Both the position numbers and the translations under genes were made by a program. This document shows positions 29,801-39,908 of a stretch of 64,000 nt of DNA, piece by piece. Every line of letters begins with the position of its first letter. The stretch's first letter is position 1. A model generated the notes under the pieces. That model was not told the DNA's origin and searched no databases. It saw only the letters and a program-made list of their open reading frames with translations. Location: the NCBI GenBank assembly GCA_963666365.2, contig CAXXNF010000001.1, positions 480,001-544,000 on the forward strand. Direction: 5' to 3'. The stretch comes from Syntrophales bacterium (lineage in GTDB: Bacteria; Desulfobacterota; Syntrophia; Syntrophales; UBA2210).

Positions 29801-31303
29801 TTATTTCCTGGGAATAGTGCACATGACGGTTGTTCCTCCTTCAGTGTTTTGCCGGACCAGCAACGCTGCATCGATCATACTCGCTCTGTACTCCATAATA
29901 TGCAAGCCTCTGCCGTCAAAAGATTTTTCGTCACGTGAAAAACCGATTCCGTCATCTATGATCGAAAGAATGATGCCGTCATATTCTTCAACCAGACTGA
30001 TGGAGATATGACGTGCCTCGCTGTGTTTGGCCGCATTGAGGGTTGCCTCCTGCGCAATGCGGTACAGCTGGTTTGCCGCTATAGTGTCCAAATCTATTTC
30101 GAAGCACGTTGAATTGACTGTACAAGGAATTCCGTAGGTATGGCTTATGGTGCAAGCCATTTCCTTCAGGACTGTCAACATGCTGCCGTGCTGCAAACTT
30201 GCAGGGACGAGTTCTTTTGTGAGGCGTCGTGTCGTATTAATGGCCTCGTTGATAAGACAGGTGAGTCTCTGAACATCACGCAATTCGGGCACAGATTGCC
30301 TCTCCAGCTGCTGCTCTATAGATTTGCTCTTCAAGGCTATCCCCGTGAGCAACTGGCCCAGCCCGTCATGGAGTTCCTGGCCTATTTCGCGTCTTTCTCT
30401 TTCGCTTATTCTCAGTATCCTTTTTTCCAGCTTCTTTTTTTCCGTGATGTCCCGCAGTATTCCCTGATACCCGACAATCTTACCGCTCGGATCGTACTTT
30501 ACGGACGATGTAAACAGACAATCTATCGGTGTACCGTCCGCCTTTCGTACTTTAGTCGGGTAATCTACAACTGATCTTTCTTCTTCCACGTCTTTTATAA
30601 ATTTTGTTTTCGCTTTGGACGGAACAATAAAATCCCAGGCATTAATGCAGTGCAGATCGTCTTTGTTGATACCGCAAAGAGTGAGACAGGCCTGATTCGC
30701 ATCAATGAATCCGCCTTCCTTGGTAAAAATTATTATGGCATCGCGCGAATCCTCAAAAAGCATCTTGTACTTTTCTTCACTCTCCTTGAGGTTGGCCAAA
30801 AGCTCGTTTTTCAATCTCTGTTCTTCAATGAGGGCCTGCTCGGCAACCTTCCTTTCGGTGATATCCGTATACACGCCGAGAATCATCTGCTCATCCTTGA
30901 GGGGATAGTAACGGACAGCCCAGTTTCTCCCAAGAAAAGCGCGATCTTTCAGCGTCACGGGATAACCGGTATTCATCGATTTCAGTGCAGGGCAGTCACT
31001 GCATGCTTCCGTTTTATTGTTGAACAGTTTGTAACAAGGTATCCCTTTCAACTGATCGGGATTCATTCCAAACTGTCGATTGACGGCCCTGTTGGTCCAT
31101 ATTATTTCATGGTTGCTGTTGGCCAGCACAACAAAATCAAACATTGCATCCAGAATCGCGGTTCTTTCCCTCGCGGTGCGGAAGAGGGTTTCCTCCACTT
31201 CCCTGTAGCGTACATTTATTTTTTCCAATTCTTCTATTCTTCGCGACGCTTCGGCAAGTGTATCGATACGCTGTTTTTTTGTCTTTGATTCGTAATGAAG
31301 CAT
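29801..31303 (-). CDS. Cytoplasmic PAS histidine kinase (HisKA_3 type)
   Basis: ERREIGQELHDGLGQLL, RIAQEATLNAAKHS, DDGIGF, GRGLHIM. Confidence 0.92.
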   Translation of the reverse strand: MLHYESKTKKQRIDTLAEASRRIEELEKINVRYREVEETLFRTARERTAILDAMFDFVVLANSNHEIIWTNRAVNRQFGMNPDQLKGIPCYKLFNNKTEACSDCPALKSMNTGYPVTLKDRAFLGRNWAVRYYPLKDEQMILGVYTDITERKVAEQALIEEQRLKNELLANLKESEEKYKMLFEDSRDAIIIFTKEGGFIDANQACLTLCGINKDDLHCINAWDFIVPSKAKTKFIKDVEEERSVVDYPTKVRKADGTPIDCLFTSSVKYDPSGKIVGYQGILRDITEKKKLEKRILRISERERREIGQELHDGLGQLLTGIALKSKSIEQQLERQSVPELRDVQRLTCLINEAINTTRRLTKELVPASLQHGSMLTVLKEMACTISHTYGIPCTVNSTCFEIDLDTIAANQLYRIAQEATLNAAKHSEARHISISLVEEYDGIILSIIDDGIGFSRDEKSFDGRGLHIMEYRASMIDAALLVRQNTEGGTTVMCTIPRK

Positions 31304-31404
31304 TGCGTGTAACCTGCCTGTGGTATCGGCAAGCGAATAATCCGCCGGATTGAGTGCAAGAATTACGCATTCACTCTCAGTGACACGGTCTGTCGGCTTC
31401 TCAC

Positions 31405-31926
31405 TCAGTCCGCCACCAAGGCCGCTATAATCTCCTGTATGACGACGTCCGCCTTTGCCCGCATTTCACCGTCAGTCGCATCCTGAATCGGATGCTCGAC
31501 CAAAACAAAAGGCGCTTCTTCAAGGCCAAAGGCCTTTGCCTGGGTCAGCGCGGCATTCCCGAATTCGGATGAGGCGATTGTCACCGCCGGGATTCCCTGT
31601 GTCTCAAACCATACTGTGTCATGCAAACTGCATGTGGTACAGGAGCCTCAGTCGGCCAGCGCTTCAATGACGGCATCCGTTTCGGTTTTGATTGTTTGTC
31701 GGAGCGCCTCCGGAGCAGGCTTGGCAAAGGTCGGCTTGGCATATCGCCTTACTTCAATGCCGGGAATTCGTTCTTGCAAGCGGACCGCCAGTTGATCGAG
31801 CAGCACACTGCCCCGTGGTTTTGTGATATCAAGCAGGCCGACAACCCCTTTCAGCTCCTGTGCGCGGGCGGCAAGGGTACGCCGCACCGGCACGCGTTCG
31901 TCAGTCGGATCCAGAATTATAGTCAT
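31405..31926 (-). CDS. UGSC-family selenoprotein, Sec at 31648-31650
   Basis: ...DAVIEALAD-U-GSCTTCSLHDTVWFETQGIPAV joins the 31648-31926 and 31405-31626 ORFs in frame. Confidence 0.9.
31615..31647 (-). promoter_or_regulatory. Candidate SECIS of the UGSC gene
   Basis: mRNA CUGU..CAUGCA-GUU-UGCAUG..ACAG; loop 19 nt after UGA, first loop base G. Confidence 0.7.
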
Positions 31927-31929
31927 CCG

Positions 31930-33489
31930 TCACATTACCTCCTCGATTTTTCGGGAAACGGGGACAGATCCCACCGCACCCCCAACCCAGCCGTGGAAAA
32001 GGCCTGAAAATTTTCCTGCTTCGGCGCCTGCCACCACAATATGAATCATTTCGTTCGCCGCAAACTTCGGAACCGGACGCATTTGTTCGGCTTCGGTATT
32101 ATGCTCCGGCGGCAAAGGACTGATGCCCTCGCCGGTCAGCGCATCAGGCACCCGCTCCCGCCGCGGCACTGCGGTGACTTCCTGAATCCGCCGGCGCAGG
32201 TCGTCCTTCGTATAGCCTCCCGTCTCCAGCGTATCGATGTGCTCCGGGCACACCACCAGGACACAGTCCATTACCTGCAGGCGCGGGTGGAAAATACCCT
32301 GCATCACCAGCCCCATGCTTGCCGCAAGCTGGTCCGCCCTGCGCGATTTCTGATCGACGATGAGCTGCGGCCCGCTCGTCACGGGGAAGACGGTCACCAC
32401 GGAATCGGTACGCGCAAATCCCCGCTCCACGTGCAGCGGCGCCCAATTGCTTCGTTCCTCCCACTCGGCGAAACACATGGTAAACTTCATCGGATTGCCC
32501 AACGTTGAACGCTCGATACCTCCCGGTTTGGCACCGCCGATATTCCTTAAAACCAGCCGCAGTGCCCGTCCGATACACGCATTGGCCCGGTTTCCCTGCC
32601 CCAGGGCGCCGAGTTTCATATTCATGCCGATTCGTTCGCGGATAGGACCGTTTACGATCATAAGCGGGCTTGCGCCCATCGTCGTCGACATAAGGCCGTG
32701 TACATTGAAGGTGTCCGTGCAGACCGCCTCCAGCGCGGCAATCACGACCGGCAAGTATTCCGGCCGGCAGCCGGCCATGACCGCATTGACGGCGATTTTT
32801 TCAACCGTTGCCGGTGCAAGATTGGGCGGCACCGATGCGACGACTTCCTGAGGATCGCGCAGGGTGCCGGCGAGCATGCGGAGCACCCTCTCCGGTGTGG
32901 GCGGCACGACCGGCAGCCCGTCCGTGAAACCCCGGTCGAACATGAACTCGAATTCATCATCAGCCGGGGCAATATCGATGCGCCGGGCGCGCAAGGGGCT
33001 GTGTTCGGCTTCCGCCCGCAGGCGGTCCGCAATCAGGGGATCACAGGATTTCGAGCCGCATCCCGGCCGCCAGAGAGGCAGGCTGTTCCACTCGACTCCG
33101 CCGCAGCCCAATTCAGCAAAAAAACGCTGCCATTCCTCCCGGCTGAAGCCGATTACGCGTTTTATCTCGCGGCCTTCGGCATCGGTAAACAGCAAAGTGG
33201 GCACTGTTTCAATGCCCCAGGCAAAAGAAACCTTAAGTGCCGAATCGTCAAGGAGCGGTGTTTTCAGGGTATGCCGTTCCATCAGCAATCGATTGCCGGT
33301 TTCTTCCTGTCCGATAATGAACACTGCGATATCCGGCAATGACCCGAGCCGATCCAGCAGCGGCATTACCAGATGGCAGACCGGGCAGTCCTCTTTGACG
33401 AACGCAACGATGCCGGGGCTGCCGGATGGAAACCTGTGTGTGTGTCCACGACTGTCACATAATGAAAAAGACGGCATATGAGGTGTCAT
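31930..33489 (-). CDS. Thioredoxin-fold (CPVC) domain fused to a large UGSC-associated domain
   Basis: KEDCPVC and ETVPTL (cis-Pro motif); TDGLPVVPPTPERV, EKIAVNAVMAGC, GNRANACIGRA. Confidence 0.75.
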   Translation of the reverse strand: MTPHMPSFSLCDSRGHTHRFPSGSPGIVAFVKEDCPVCHLVMPLLDRLGSLPDIAVFIIGQEETGNRLLMERHTLKTPLLDDSALKVSFAWGIETVPTLLFTDAEGREIKRVIGFSREEWQRFFAELGCGGVEWNSLPLWRPGCGSKSCDPLIADRLRAEAEHSPLRARRIDIAPADDEFEFMFDRGFTDGLPVVPPTPERVLRMLAGTLRDPQEVVASVPPNLAPATVEKIAVNAVMAGCRPEYLPVVIAALEAVCTDTFNVHGLMSTTMGASPLMIVNGPIRERIGMNMKLGALGQGNRANACIGRALRLVLRNIGGAKPGGIERSTLGNPMKFTMCFAEWEERSNWAPLHVERGFARTDSVVTVFPVTSGPQLIVDQKSRRADQLAASMGLVMQGIFHPRLQVMDCVLVVCPEHIDTLETGGYTKDDLRRRIQEVTAVPRRERVPDALTGEGISPLPPEHNTEAEQMRPVPKFAANEMIHIVVAGAEAGKFSGLFHGWVGGAVGSVPVSRKIEEVM

Positions 33490-33528
33490 TCTCTCTCCGT
33501 TAACAAAAAAGTAAGATAGGGAGCGTCC

Positions 33529-34254
33529 CTAATAATCGGTGTTGAAGTTTTCGACTACCGCTTTTCGGGTTTTAGCGATAAGCTGATCGACGGTATCGAG
33601 GGAATAAGACCGGCTGTCAATAGGATCGCCGATAACGACCTGAATTTTCCCGGGTCTCACGGCCAAGCTCTTCTTTGGCAATACGTGCCTGCTTCCATTA
33701 ATGGTAATCGGAAGAATCGGCATTTTCCGCATGACCGCCGGTATGAATCCCCCCTTTTTAAAGGCATGAATTCGTCCATCAACCGATCTGGTCCCCTCGG
33801 CGAATACCATGACGCTGACGCCTTCTGGCAGCCGGTCCATTCCCTTGTTGATGCTTTCAACCGCTTTGGCAGTATTGGAGCGATCGATGAAGATGTTGCG
33901 CGACGCGTAGAGGGCGTAGCCGAAAAGCGGTACTTTCAGCACCTCCCTTTTTATGAACCAGCGGAATTGCACAGGAAGAGTCGTAACCAGGGCGAGTATA
34001 TCGTAGAGCGACTGATGGTTGGAAATAATGATATAGGATGTTCCCTTGTGAATCTTTTCCGTATTCTTTATTTCCCTTCGGACAAAAGAAACACCGAGCA
34101 TAGTATATGCCCACAGCTTTGAAATGGAAAAGGCGAGATTGCCGGTGCGGCTCAGCAGGCCCGAAACGGTCATGGGAATGAACAGGACGATGCTTGCCGC
34201 CGTCGCCCACAGGCCAAGCCATGCAACACAAAATATTTTATAAAGTGAGTGCAT
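33529..34254 (-). CDS. plsC: 1-acyl-sn-glycerol-3-phosphate acyltransferase
   Basis: SNHQSLYD, FIDRS, FAEGTRS, FKKGGF. Confidence 0.9.
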   Translation of the reverse strand: MHSLYKIFCVAWLGLWATAASIVLFIPMTVSGLLSRTGNLAFSISKLWAYTMLGVSFVRREIKNTEKIHKGTSYIIISNHQSLYDILALVTTLPVQFRWFIKREVLKVPLFGYALYASRNIFIDRSNTAKAVESINKGMDRLPEGVSVMVFAEGTRSVDGRIHAFKKGGFIPAVMRKMPILPITINGSRHVLPKKSLAVRPGKIQVVIGDPIDSRSYSLDTVDQLIAKTRKAVVENFNTDY

Positions 34255-34841
34255 AGGGCGACGTTCCTTCAGCAGAATAATTTCGTCTCGTCCATCTGAA
34301 TGACCGATTCCCATATAGACGACGCCCGTTGGGCTTCGGGTCGGAAAGACATCGAATGTATTATGCCCATTGAGTCGGCACACCGAACAGATGAACAATC
34401 GTATATCTTTTTTTTACCGATATTTCAATGAAAGATATAGCAACAGCCTTTCCATGGGGCTACAGATATCGGGATCATTGACAAGGTAAAGAATGCGGCA
34501 CGCTGCGATGAAAGGGGGGTTCTAAAGACAAACACTACGCTGCCGGCGGCGCAGGCGGCCTTCAGACACAAGGAGCTGCGACACGTTGAGCAGGTCTTGC
34601 GGGACATGACGTCTGCAACGGAAACCCGTCCCATCTCATCTGCCATCAACTCGATGAAACCATTCACGAACAAGTCTTCTGCAGCTTTCTTGCACCGGTT
34701 CTTCGCAAAGAACTGGACCGTCGACTGGAGAAGCCCGACCACTCCTTTCCCGAAGTTGCTTTCAAGAAGATAAATAGTGTATTCTTAGCGGGATCAACGC
34801 ACAGGGTAGTCCAGGATGTTTTTCGGAAAAGGAGAGATGCC

Positions 34842-35627
34842 ATGAAAATTGCCGTATCGGCGGATGGTTCCACACTGGATGCGCAGGTGGCGTCACGGCT
34901 CAGCATCGCGAAATATTTTTTGATCATCGACCTTGAGAGCGGCGAGTTTGAAGCCGTCCCTTCTTCCATCGACCGGCACCGGCGGGGCGCCGGCGTGCAG
35001 ACCATCACAACAGCGGTGGGCAGAGGGGCCAGTGTCATAATCACGGGCTATTGCGGCCCCGGCATCGTCGATCAGTTGAAAGAGAATGACATAGAGGTGC
35101 TGACCGGAATAAAAGGTACCGTGAAGGACGCGTTGATGCACTACAGGGCCAGGGCGGCCGGCCCAAGCCGCACCCTGCCGGGCGGGAATGCGAGCAGCGC
35201 CGTAATTCGCGCAGCCAAAAATTCCGGCAGGCAGTTCGCCCTGTTGTTGCCGGTTTTTCTCGGTGTAGTCCTGCTTATGGGTTTGTTCAATACCTTTGTT
35301 TCAAAAGAATTGCTTCTGTCCGTTTTTTCCGGCAACGCGGCCTTTGACAGTCTTTGGGGAACCTGCTTCGGCAGTATATTCGCCGGAAATCCGATCAACA
35401 GTTACATAATAGGCGGGGAACTGCTGAAAAGCGGCATCAGCCTTTTTGCCGTTACCGCCTTCATTGTAAGTTGGGTAACGGTAGGACTAATTCAACTGCC
35501 AGCTGAGATGACGGCTTTGGGCAGAAAATTTGCGCTCATGAGAAACGGCATCTGCTTCGTAATGGCGATTCCCGTTGCCGTTCTCACCGTCCTGATTGTG
35601 AATGTTCTGGGAAGGTGGATATCATGA
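34842..35627 (+). CDS. NifB/NifX-family domain fused to a membrane permease domain
   Basis: MKIAVSADG...KYFLIIDLE...GAGVQ...VIITGYCGPG, then hydrophobic helices with GSIFAGNPINSY and LPAE. Confidence 0.8.
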   Translation: MKIAVSADGSTLDAQVASRLSIAKYFLIIDLESGEFEAVPSSIDRHRRGAGVQTITTAVGRGASVIITGYCGPGIVDQLKENDIEVLTGIKGTVKDALMHYRARAAGPSRTLPGGNASSAVIRAAKNSGRQFALLLPVFLGVVLLMGLFNTFVSKELLLSVFSGNAAFDSLWGTCFGSIFAGNPINSYIIGGELLKSGISLFAVTAFIVSWVTVGLIQLPAEMTALGRKFALMRNGICFVMAIPVAVLTVLIVNVLGRWIS

Positions 35628-36139
35628 CCCGCAATAGCAATAAGCCGGTTTTTAATTATATATTTCTTTTCCCCCTTTCCGTAGCGGCACTCTATGTCGT
35701 TTTCTTTTTTATAATGCCCGATAAGACCCTGTCGGCCCTTGCCGGGAGCGGAAAAATCCTGTTGAACATGCTGGCGCCGCTCGTGTTGATCTTTGTCATT
35801 ATGCTGCTGGTGAATCTCTTTGTGAAACCGGCGCGGGTCGCCAAGTTCCTGGGGAAAAATTCCGGCATCAGAGGAACTGCAGTGGCGGCGGCGGCGGGCG
35901 TAATTTCCACCGGACCGATATATGCGTGGTATCCCCTGCTCAAGGACCTCAGGGAAAAGGGCGCGGGAAACTATACCATCTCCATATTTCTCTACAACAG
36001 GGCGGTGAAACCCTTCCTGCTGCCTGTCATGATCGAATATTTCGGCTGGATTTATGTAATCACACTGATCGTCCTGACCTTTTTGGCATCAGTGTGTGTC
36101 GGCTGTGCCATGAGCACCGTTCAGGAAAGCGCTCGGTGA
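35615..36139 (+). CDS. Permease (DUF318-like) partner subunit
   Basis: Multi-TM; FLGKNSG, GVISTGPIYAWYPLL; overlaps upstream gene. Confidence 0.75.
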   Translation: MDIMTRNSNKPVFNYIFLFPLSVAALYVVFFFIMPDKTLSALAGSGKILLNMLAPLVLIFVIMLLVNLFVKPARVAKFLGKNSGIRGTAVAAAAGVISTGPIYAWYPLLKDLREKGAGNYTISIFLYNRAVKPFLLPVMIEYFGWIYVITLIVLTFLASVCVGCAMSTVQESAR

Positions 36140-36207
36140 AGGGAAAAAGGACAATGATAACCGGTTCGGAATAGCGCGGGTACCTGCTGACCGGCTTCGG
36201 GTGCCTG

Positions 36208-37515
36208 TTATTTCAAGAGGTCAAAGTAATAGCGCATTCGCAACTCGAGGCGAACATCGTTCTGTTTCTCCCCGAACTCGGTATTCCCGGGTCCCGAAAT
36301 AAAACCGGCCTTCAGACGCAGTTCAAGATTGGTGATCCCCGTGTAAAAAATCTCGGGAGACAGGGAAAAGCTTTTATCTTCGATATTGTAGATGCAGGTA
36401 ACCGAGGGGATGAGATAGGGAATGTCAAAGGGCTCTTTCTGAGAAACCCTCAGGTAGAGATAGTCTCTCATCGGGTTTTGCGTTCCGTAGGACCCTTCAG
36501 TTACCGCACGGGCTTTCTGTAGAAAAGTTTGATTGCCGAACAGACGATAGGCGTCGATGCCGTTGTCCACGAGGCCGAAGAATTGGTTCATTTCATCGGC
36601 GGTGAAGCCTGTTCCGCTGTGGAAGTATTCCACAATAAAGGTGGTATCGGTCGTGGTGAGATACCTGATACCGAAAAGAAAATTTTCCACATCCCTGGTT
36701 GATGCGGTAAGAGTGCCGTCGCTCCGGACAACTCTGTGAGCGCTGTCGTCTATGTGGGCCAGCTCTCCGTGGATCTCGAAATTCGAGGTAATATTCCGGG
36801 AAAAATTCATTCCGAATCGGGAGGGCCTGCTGTCCCCCTTCAGGAACATACAATCGATGTCCGTATCGTAGAGAAGAAAGTACAGTTTGCCGGCATAGTT
36901 CAAGGTGTCGCGTTCGCCGAAATCAGTATTGATATGATCGTAGACCGGGAGAATCACCGGCGTGACCGCCATTGCCTTCAGGGGTCCGGAAAAACTCTTT
37001 ATGTAATCCAGCGTGGCAACCACATACCCTTCAAGGGACAATTCCGGGTCATCAGGATTTTTCGGCCGTTCCACAAAGCCGACAGGGTTCCATGCATACC
37101 CCTTCCCCCACCGCAGGGCTTTTTTACCGATACTGATATTCAAACCCGACGAAGGCTTGAGCGACAGATAGCCCTCGTCGAGCACGATGTTCCTGTCGGA
37201 ATCGATGTCCGATTCCGTTGTGTTGATATTCGCGCGGGCGTAGATCTCTGAAAGGCCCTTCGTGTATCTCCCGTCCATCGAGAGTTTAACAAAGTATTCG
37301 TCAATCCAGTTTTTGTCTGCCCTGTCATAAAAATTAAGTCTGTAGAATGCGGCGTCGGCGTCGGTATAGAACACCCTCGGCGCAAGTTCAAGGTACCCCC
37401 CTATGGCATAGGGCTTCTTTTCTATTTCAGACAGATCGAAGGAATACTCGTCCTGCGCCATGGTGCACAGCGGCAGAAGGAGTATGAAGGAAAGAATTCC
37501 GAGTATCGATTTCAT
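36208..37515 (-). CDS. Putative outer-membrane beta-barrel protein
   Basis: Signal peptide, LDEGYLS, GKKALRWGKGYAWNPV, C-terminal LELRMRYYF. Confidence 0.7.
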   Translation of the reverse strand: MKSILGILSFILLLPLCTMAQDEYSFDLSEIEKKPYAIGGYLELAPRVFYTDADAAFYRLNFYDRADKNWIDEYFVKLSMDGRYTKGLSEIYARANINTTESDIDSDRNIVLDEGYLSLKPSSGLNISIGKKALRWGKGYAWNPVGFVERPKNPDDPELSLEGYVVATLDYIKSFSGPLKAMAVTPVILPVYDHINTDFGERDTLNYAGKLYFLLYDTDIDCMFLKGDSRPSRFGMNFSRNITSNFEIHGELAHIDDSAHRVVRSDGTLTASTRDVENFLFGIRYLTTTDTTFIVEYFHSGTGFTADEMNQFFGLVDNGIDAYRLFGNQTFLQKARAVTEGSYGTQNPMRDYLYLRVSQKEPFDIPYLIPSVTCIYNIEDKSFSLSPEIFYTGITNLELRLKAGFISGPGNTEFGEKQNDVRLELRMRYYFDLLK

Positions 37516-37519
37516 GTCA

Positions 37520-38248
37520 TCAGCGAAGTGAGTCGAGATTCGGCATGAAGGTCAGCGTAAAGACCTCGTCGTCGAGTGTCCGCTCTTTCATCTTCGCAAA
37601 GATCATAATGGACTTGTATCCCCTGTAGAGGGGACTGTCCGTTTCGATCACCGACGGTCGCAGGATTCCGTGGCCAAAATCTTTTAACTCTTTAAAATAT
37701 ATGGTTTTCACCAGCATGGACGCTTCTGTGAGGCATTCGATCTTCAGGGGCAGAAGCGCTTCTTTATCGGCCCACATCTTCAACTGATCATAGGCGACGG
37801 CTCTGGTTCTGGCCTTGAGATTAAGGAGATAATTATCCCCCTCCTCCTCTACCGTCTTCACGTCGTATTCGGCCGTGTAGTCAAGCCGGAGTATGTCGGA
37901 ATTGTTGAAGACGCCTCCTACAATCGACTGAAGACTGGTAATGCGGATCGGTTTCCCCACATTCGGAATATAGAGCCACATATTTTCGCCCAGCCTGAGC
38001 GTGCTCCGGCCTTCTTCACTTGCCGGGGAAATGAACAGGGCGGCGACTTTATCTTTTTCCTTCTTGATGGTAAAAAGTACGAATTCCTTCCTTTTGCCGT
38101 TCGGTTCAATATTGATCAGCTTTTTGTACGACTCATAGGAGTCGGGGTTCAAATTCCGATCAATCTGGAGCAGAAGACTGTTTCCGTCCAGGGCAGATGC
38201 CGGAGAGGTAAGAAGGAGCAACACTACAAAAATAATGTATTTTCTCAT
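37520..38248 (-). CDS. LolA-like outer-membrane lipoprotein-sorting protein
   Basis: Signal peptide; FISPASEEGRSTLRLGENMWLYIP, FNNSDI, LDDEVFT. Confidence 0.8.
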   Translation of the reverse strand: MRKYIIFVVLLLLTSPASALDGNSLLLQIDRNLNPDSYESYKKLINIEPNGKRKEFVLFTIKKEKDKVAALFISPASEEGRSTLRLGENMWLYIPNVGKPIRITSLQSIVGGVFNNSDILRLDYTAEYDVKTVEEEGDNYLLNLKARTRAVAYDQLKMWADKEALLPLKIECLTEASMLVKTIYFKELKDFGHGILRPSVIETDSPLYRGYKSIMIFAKMKERTLDDEVFTLTFMPNLDSLR

Positions 38249-38252
38249 GCCG

Positions 38253-38648
38253 TCACTTTCCTTTTAAGACGCTCTTTACCGCGTCGACGGCGGCGCCCTT
38301 ATATTCTACGTGAGCAATGCCGCGCTCTTTCAGCGCGTTGGCCATTTTCACCCCGAATTGTACGGCGATTGCCATGGTCACGCCTCTTTCGGCGAGAAAG
38401 GCCGCTGCGGAAGGTCCGGCGCCACGGCGTGCATTCTTCTGCGGGTTCTCTATCGTCTCGACAAAGGTGCCATCGCCGTTGAATATCAGATAGTAGGAGC
38501 ATCTGGCGGCCTCGGCGCAGACAACTGCCTGTGCCGTGTTATCGTTTGCCGCAACGGCAATCCTTGTTTCTTCACCTGCAGCGTTACCCATGCCTACACA
38601 GAGCAAAAGGGCTGCAATGCCTGTAAAAAGAAGTAGTTTTTTCATCAC
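38253..38648 (-). CDS. NifB/NifX-family protein with N-terminal signal peptide
   Basis: MMKKLLLFTGIAALLLCVGMGNAA then RIAVAA...AARCSYYLIF...IENP...GAGPSAAAFLAERGV...FGVKM. Confidence 0.75.
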   Translation of the reverse strand: MMKKLLLFTGIAALLLCVGMGNAAGEETRIAVAANDNTAQAVVCAEAARCSYYLIFNGDGTFVETIENPQKNARRGAGPSAAAFLAERGVTMAIAVQFGVKMANALKERGIAHVEYKGAAVDAVKSVLKGK

Positions 38649-38663
38649 TGATTCCCCTTCCTC

Positions 38664-39908
38664 CTATATGTGTCTCAGCGCCTCGATCGGTTCCATGCGC
38701 GAGGCCTTGAAGGCGGGCTGAAGACTTGCCGCCGCCGATACGATAAGAACGATCACTGTAATGGTCACAAGATCTTCAGCATGTACGCGGGGCTCAAGCA
38801 AAAGTCCCGTCTGTCGACCAAAATTGAAGGTAATGCGGGCAATATTAAGGATATATACTATCGCACACCCTGCGATGTTCCCGACGAGCGCCCCAAACAC
38901 GCCGATACTGAGACCCTCCAGCATAAACATGGAAAGAATTCTGCGCGGCATCGTTCCGATTGCCGAGATAGTGCCTATCTCGCGCATGCGTTCGTACACC
39001 GCCATGATCATGACATTCATGATACTGATAAGGACCATGGCGATGAGCATGATTTTTATAAAAAATGTCATGATGTCGATCATCCGTGCGATGTTGTAAA
39101 ATGGTGACAGCTTCTCCCATGTGTGGACCTCGAACGTCGGCTTTCCTGCCCTGTTCTTTTTCTCGGAAAGCGCCTCCGTAAGCGCATTGTGCACGGCGGG
39201 CATCATCTCGATGCTCCGAAGTCTCAGGGCTATTTCGCTGATTTCAACCTCTTCCATTCTCAGTACGTCCACGGCATCGTCTATATGAATGTAGCCGTCG
39301 CGGCCGCCCGGCCCGGTGACGCTTTCAAGGATGCCGGTCACGATGAACTGTTTTCCATTGACGGATCCGTCCTTGTTGGTGGCGATAATCACGATTGAAT
39401 CTCCGACGTTCACATCCATTCCCCTGGCGAGAAGCTCGGGAATAAGAACACTCCCCTTTTTAAGATCTTTATTTCCAGCGATGATTCTTTCCGGCAGAAG
39501 GGGCGTCGTGTCCAGTTCCCTCTCCGGAACGACCCCGTTCAGCCGAATATTCGTCGTCTCCGTATAATTGCTGAAGAGGCCGCCGAATTTGATGCGCGGT
39601 GAATAGGCCTCTATCTCGGGGATTGTATTTATTACATTTTCAACCGCTTTCACGGCCTTCGGATCCATCACGATGGTAAGGGGCAGGTTGTCGATGGATG
39701 CCACATACCCCTTCTTGTGAATCTGAATGTGTCCCAGCATTGAGTCGGTAATCTGGCCGATGAGAAGTTCCTTGATGGACCCCGTAACGGCGACGAACAC
39801 CAGCACAAAGACTATGCCGATTATGATCAGCGAAGACGTGAAAAGGGTTCTACGCCTGTATCGCAGGAGATTTCGGACAGCGATCTTGAAAAGATTATAG
39901 GCTGCCAT
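38664..39908 (-). CDS. FtsX/LolE-type ABC permease
   Basis: RNLLRYRRRT, GHIQI, MAVYERMREIGTISAIG, PAFKASRMEPIEALR. Confidence 0.9.
   Translation of the reverse strand: MAAYNLFKIAVRNLLRYRRRTLFTSSLIIIGIVFVLVFVAVTGSIKELLIGQITDSMLGHIQIHKKGYVASIDNLPLTIVMDPKAVKAVENVINTIPEIEAYSPRIKFGGLFSNYTETTNIRLNGVVPERELDTTPLLPERIIAGNKDLKKGSVLIPELLARGMDVNVGDSIVIIATNKDGSVNGKQFIVTGILESVTGPGGRDGYIHIDDAVDVLRMEEVEISEIALRLRSIEMMPAVHNALTEALSEKKNRAGKPTFEVHTWEKLSPFYNIARMIDIMTFFIKIMLIAMVLISIMNVMIMAVYERMREIGTISAIGTMPRRILSMFMLEGLSIGVFGALVGNIAGCAIVYILNIARITFNFGRQTGLLLEPRVHAEDLVTITVIVLIVSAAASLQPAFKASRMEPIEALRHI

Noticed and set aside
31924..31932. TGA stop of the 519-aa gene is in frame with the UGSC gene (TGA-CGG-ATG), suggesting a read-through fusion
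   Set aside because: A strong GAGGAGG RBS precedes the UGSC ATG, the context is not a redox motif, and I see no convincing SECIS.
34400..34840. Short ORFs or a possible riboswitch upstream of the NifX-permease gene
   Set aside because: No recognisable protein or RNA motif; a covariance-model search would be needed.
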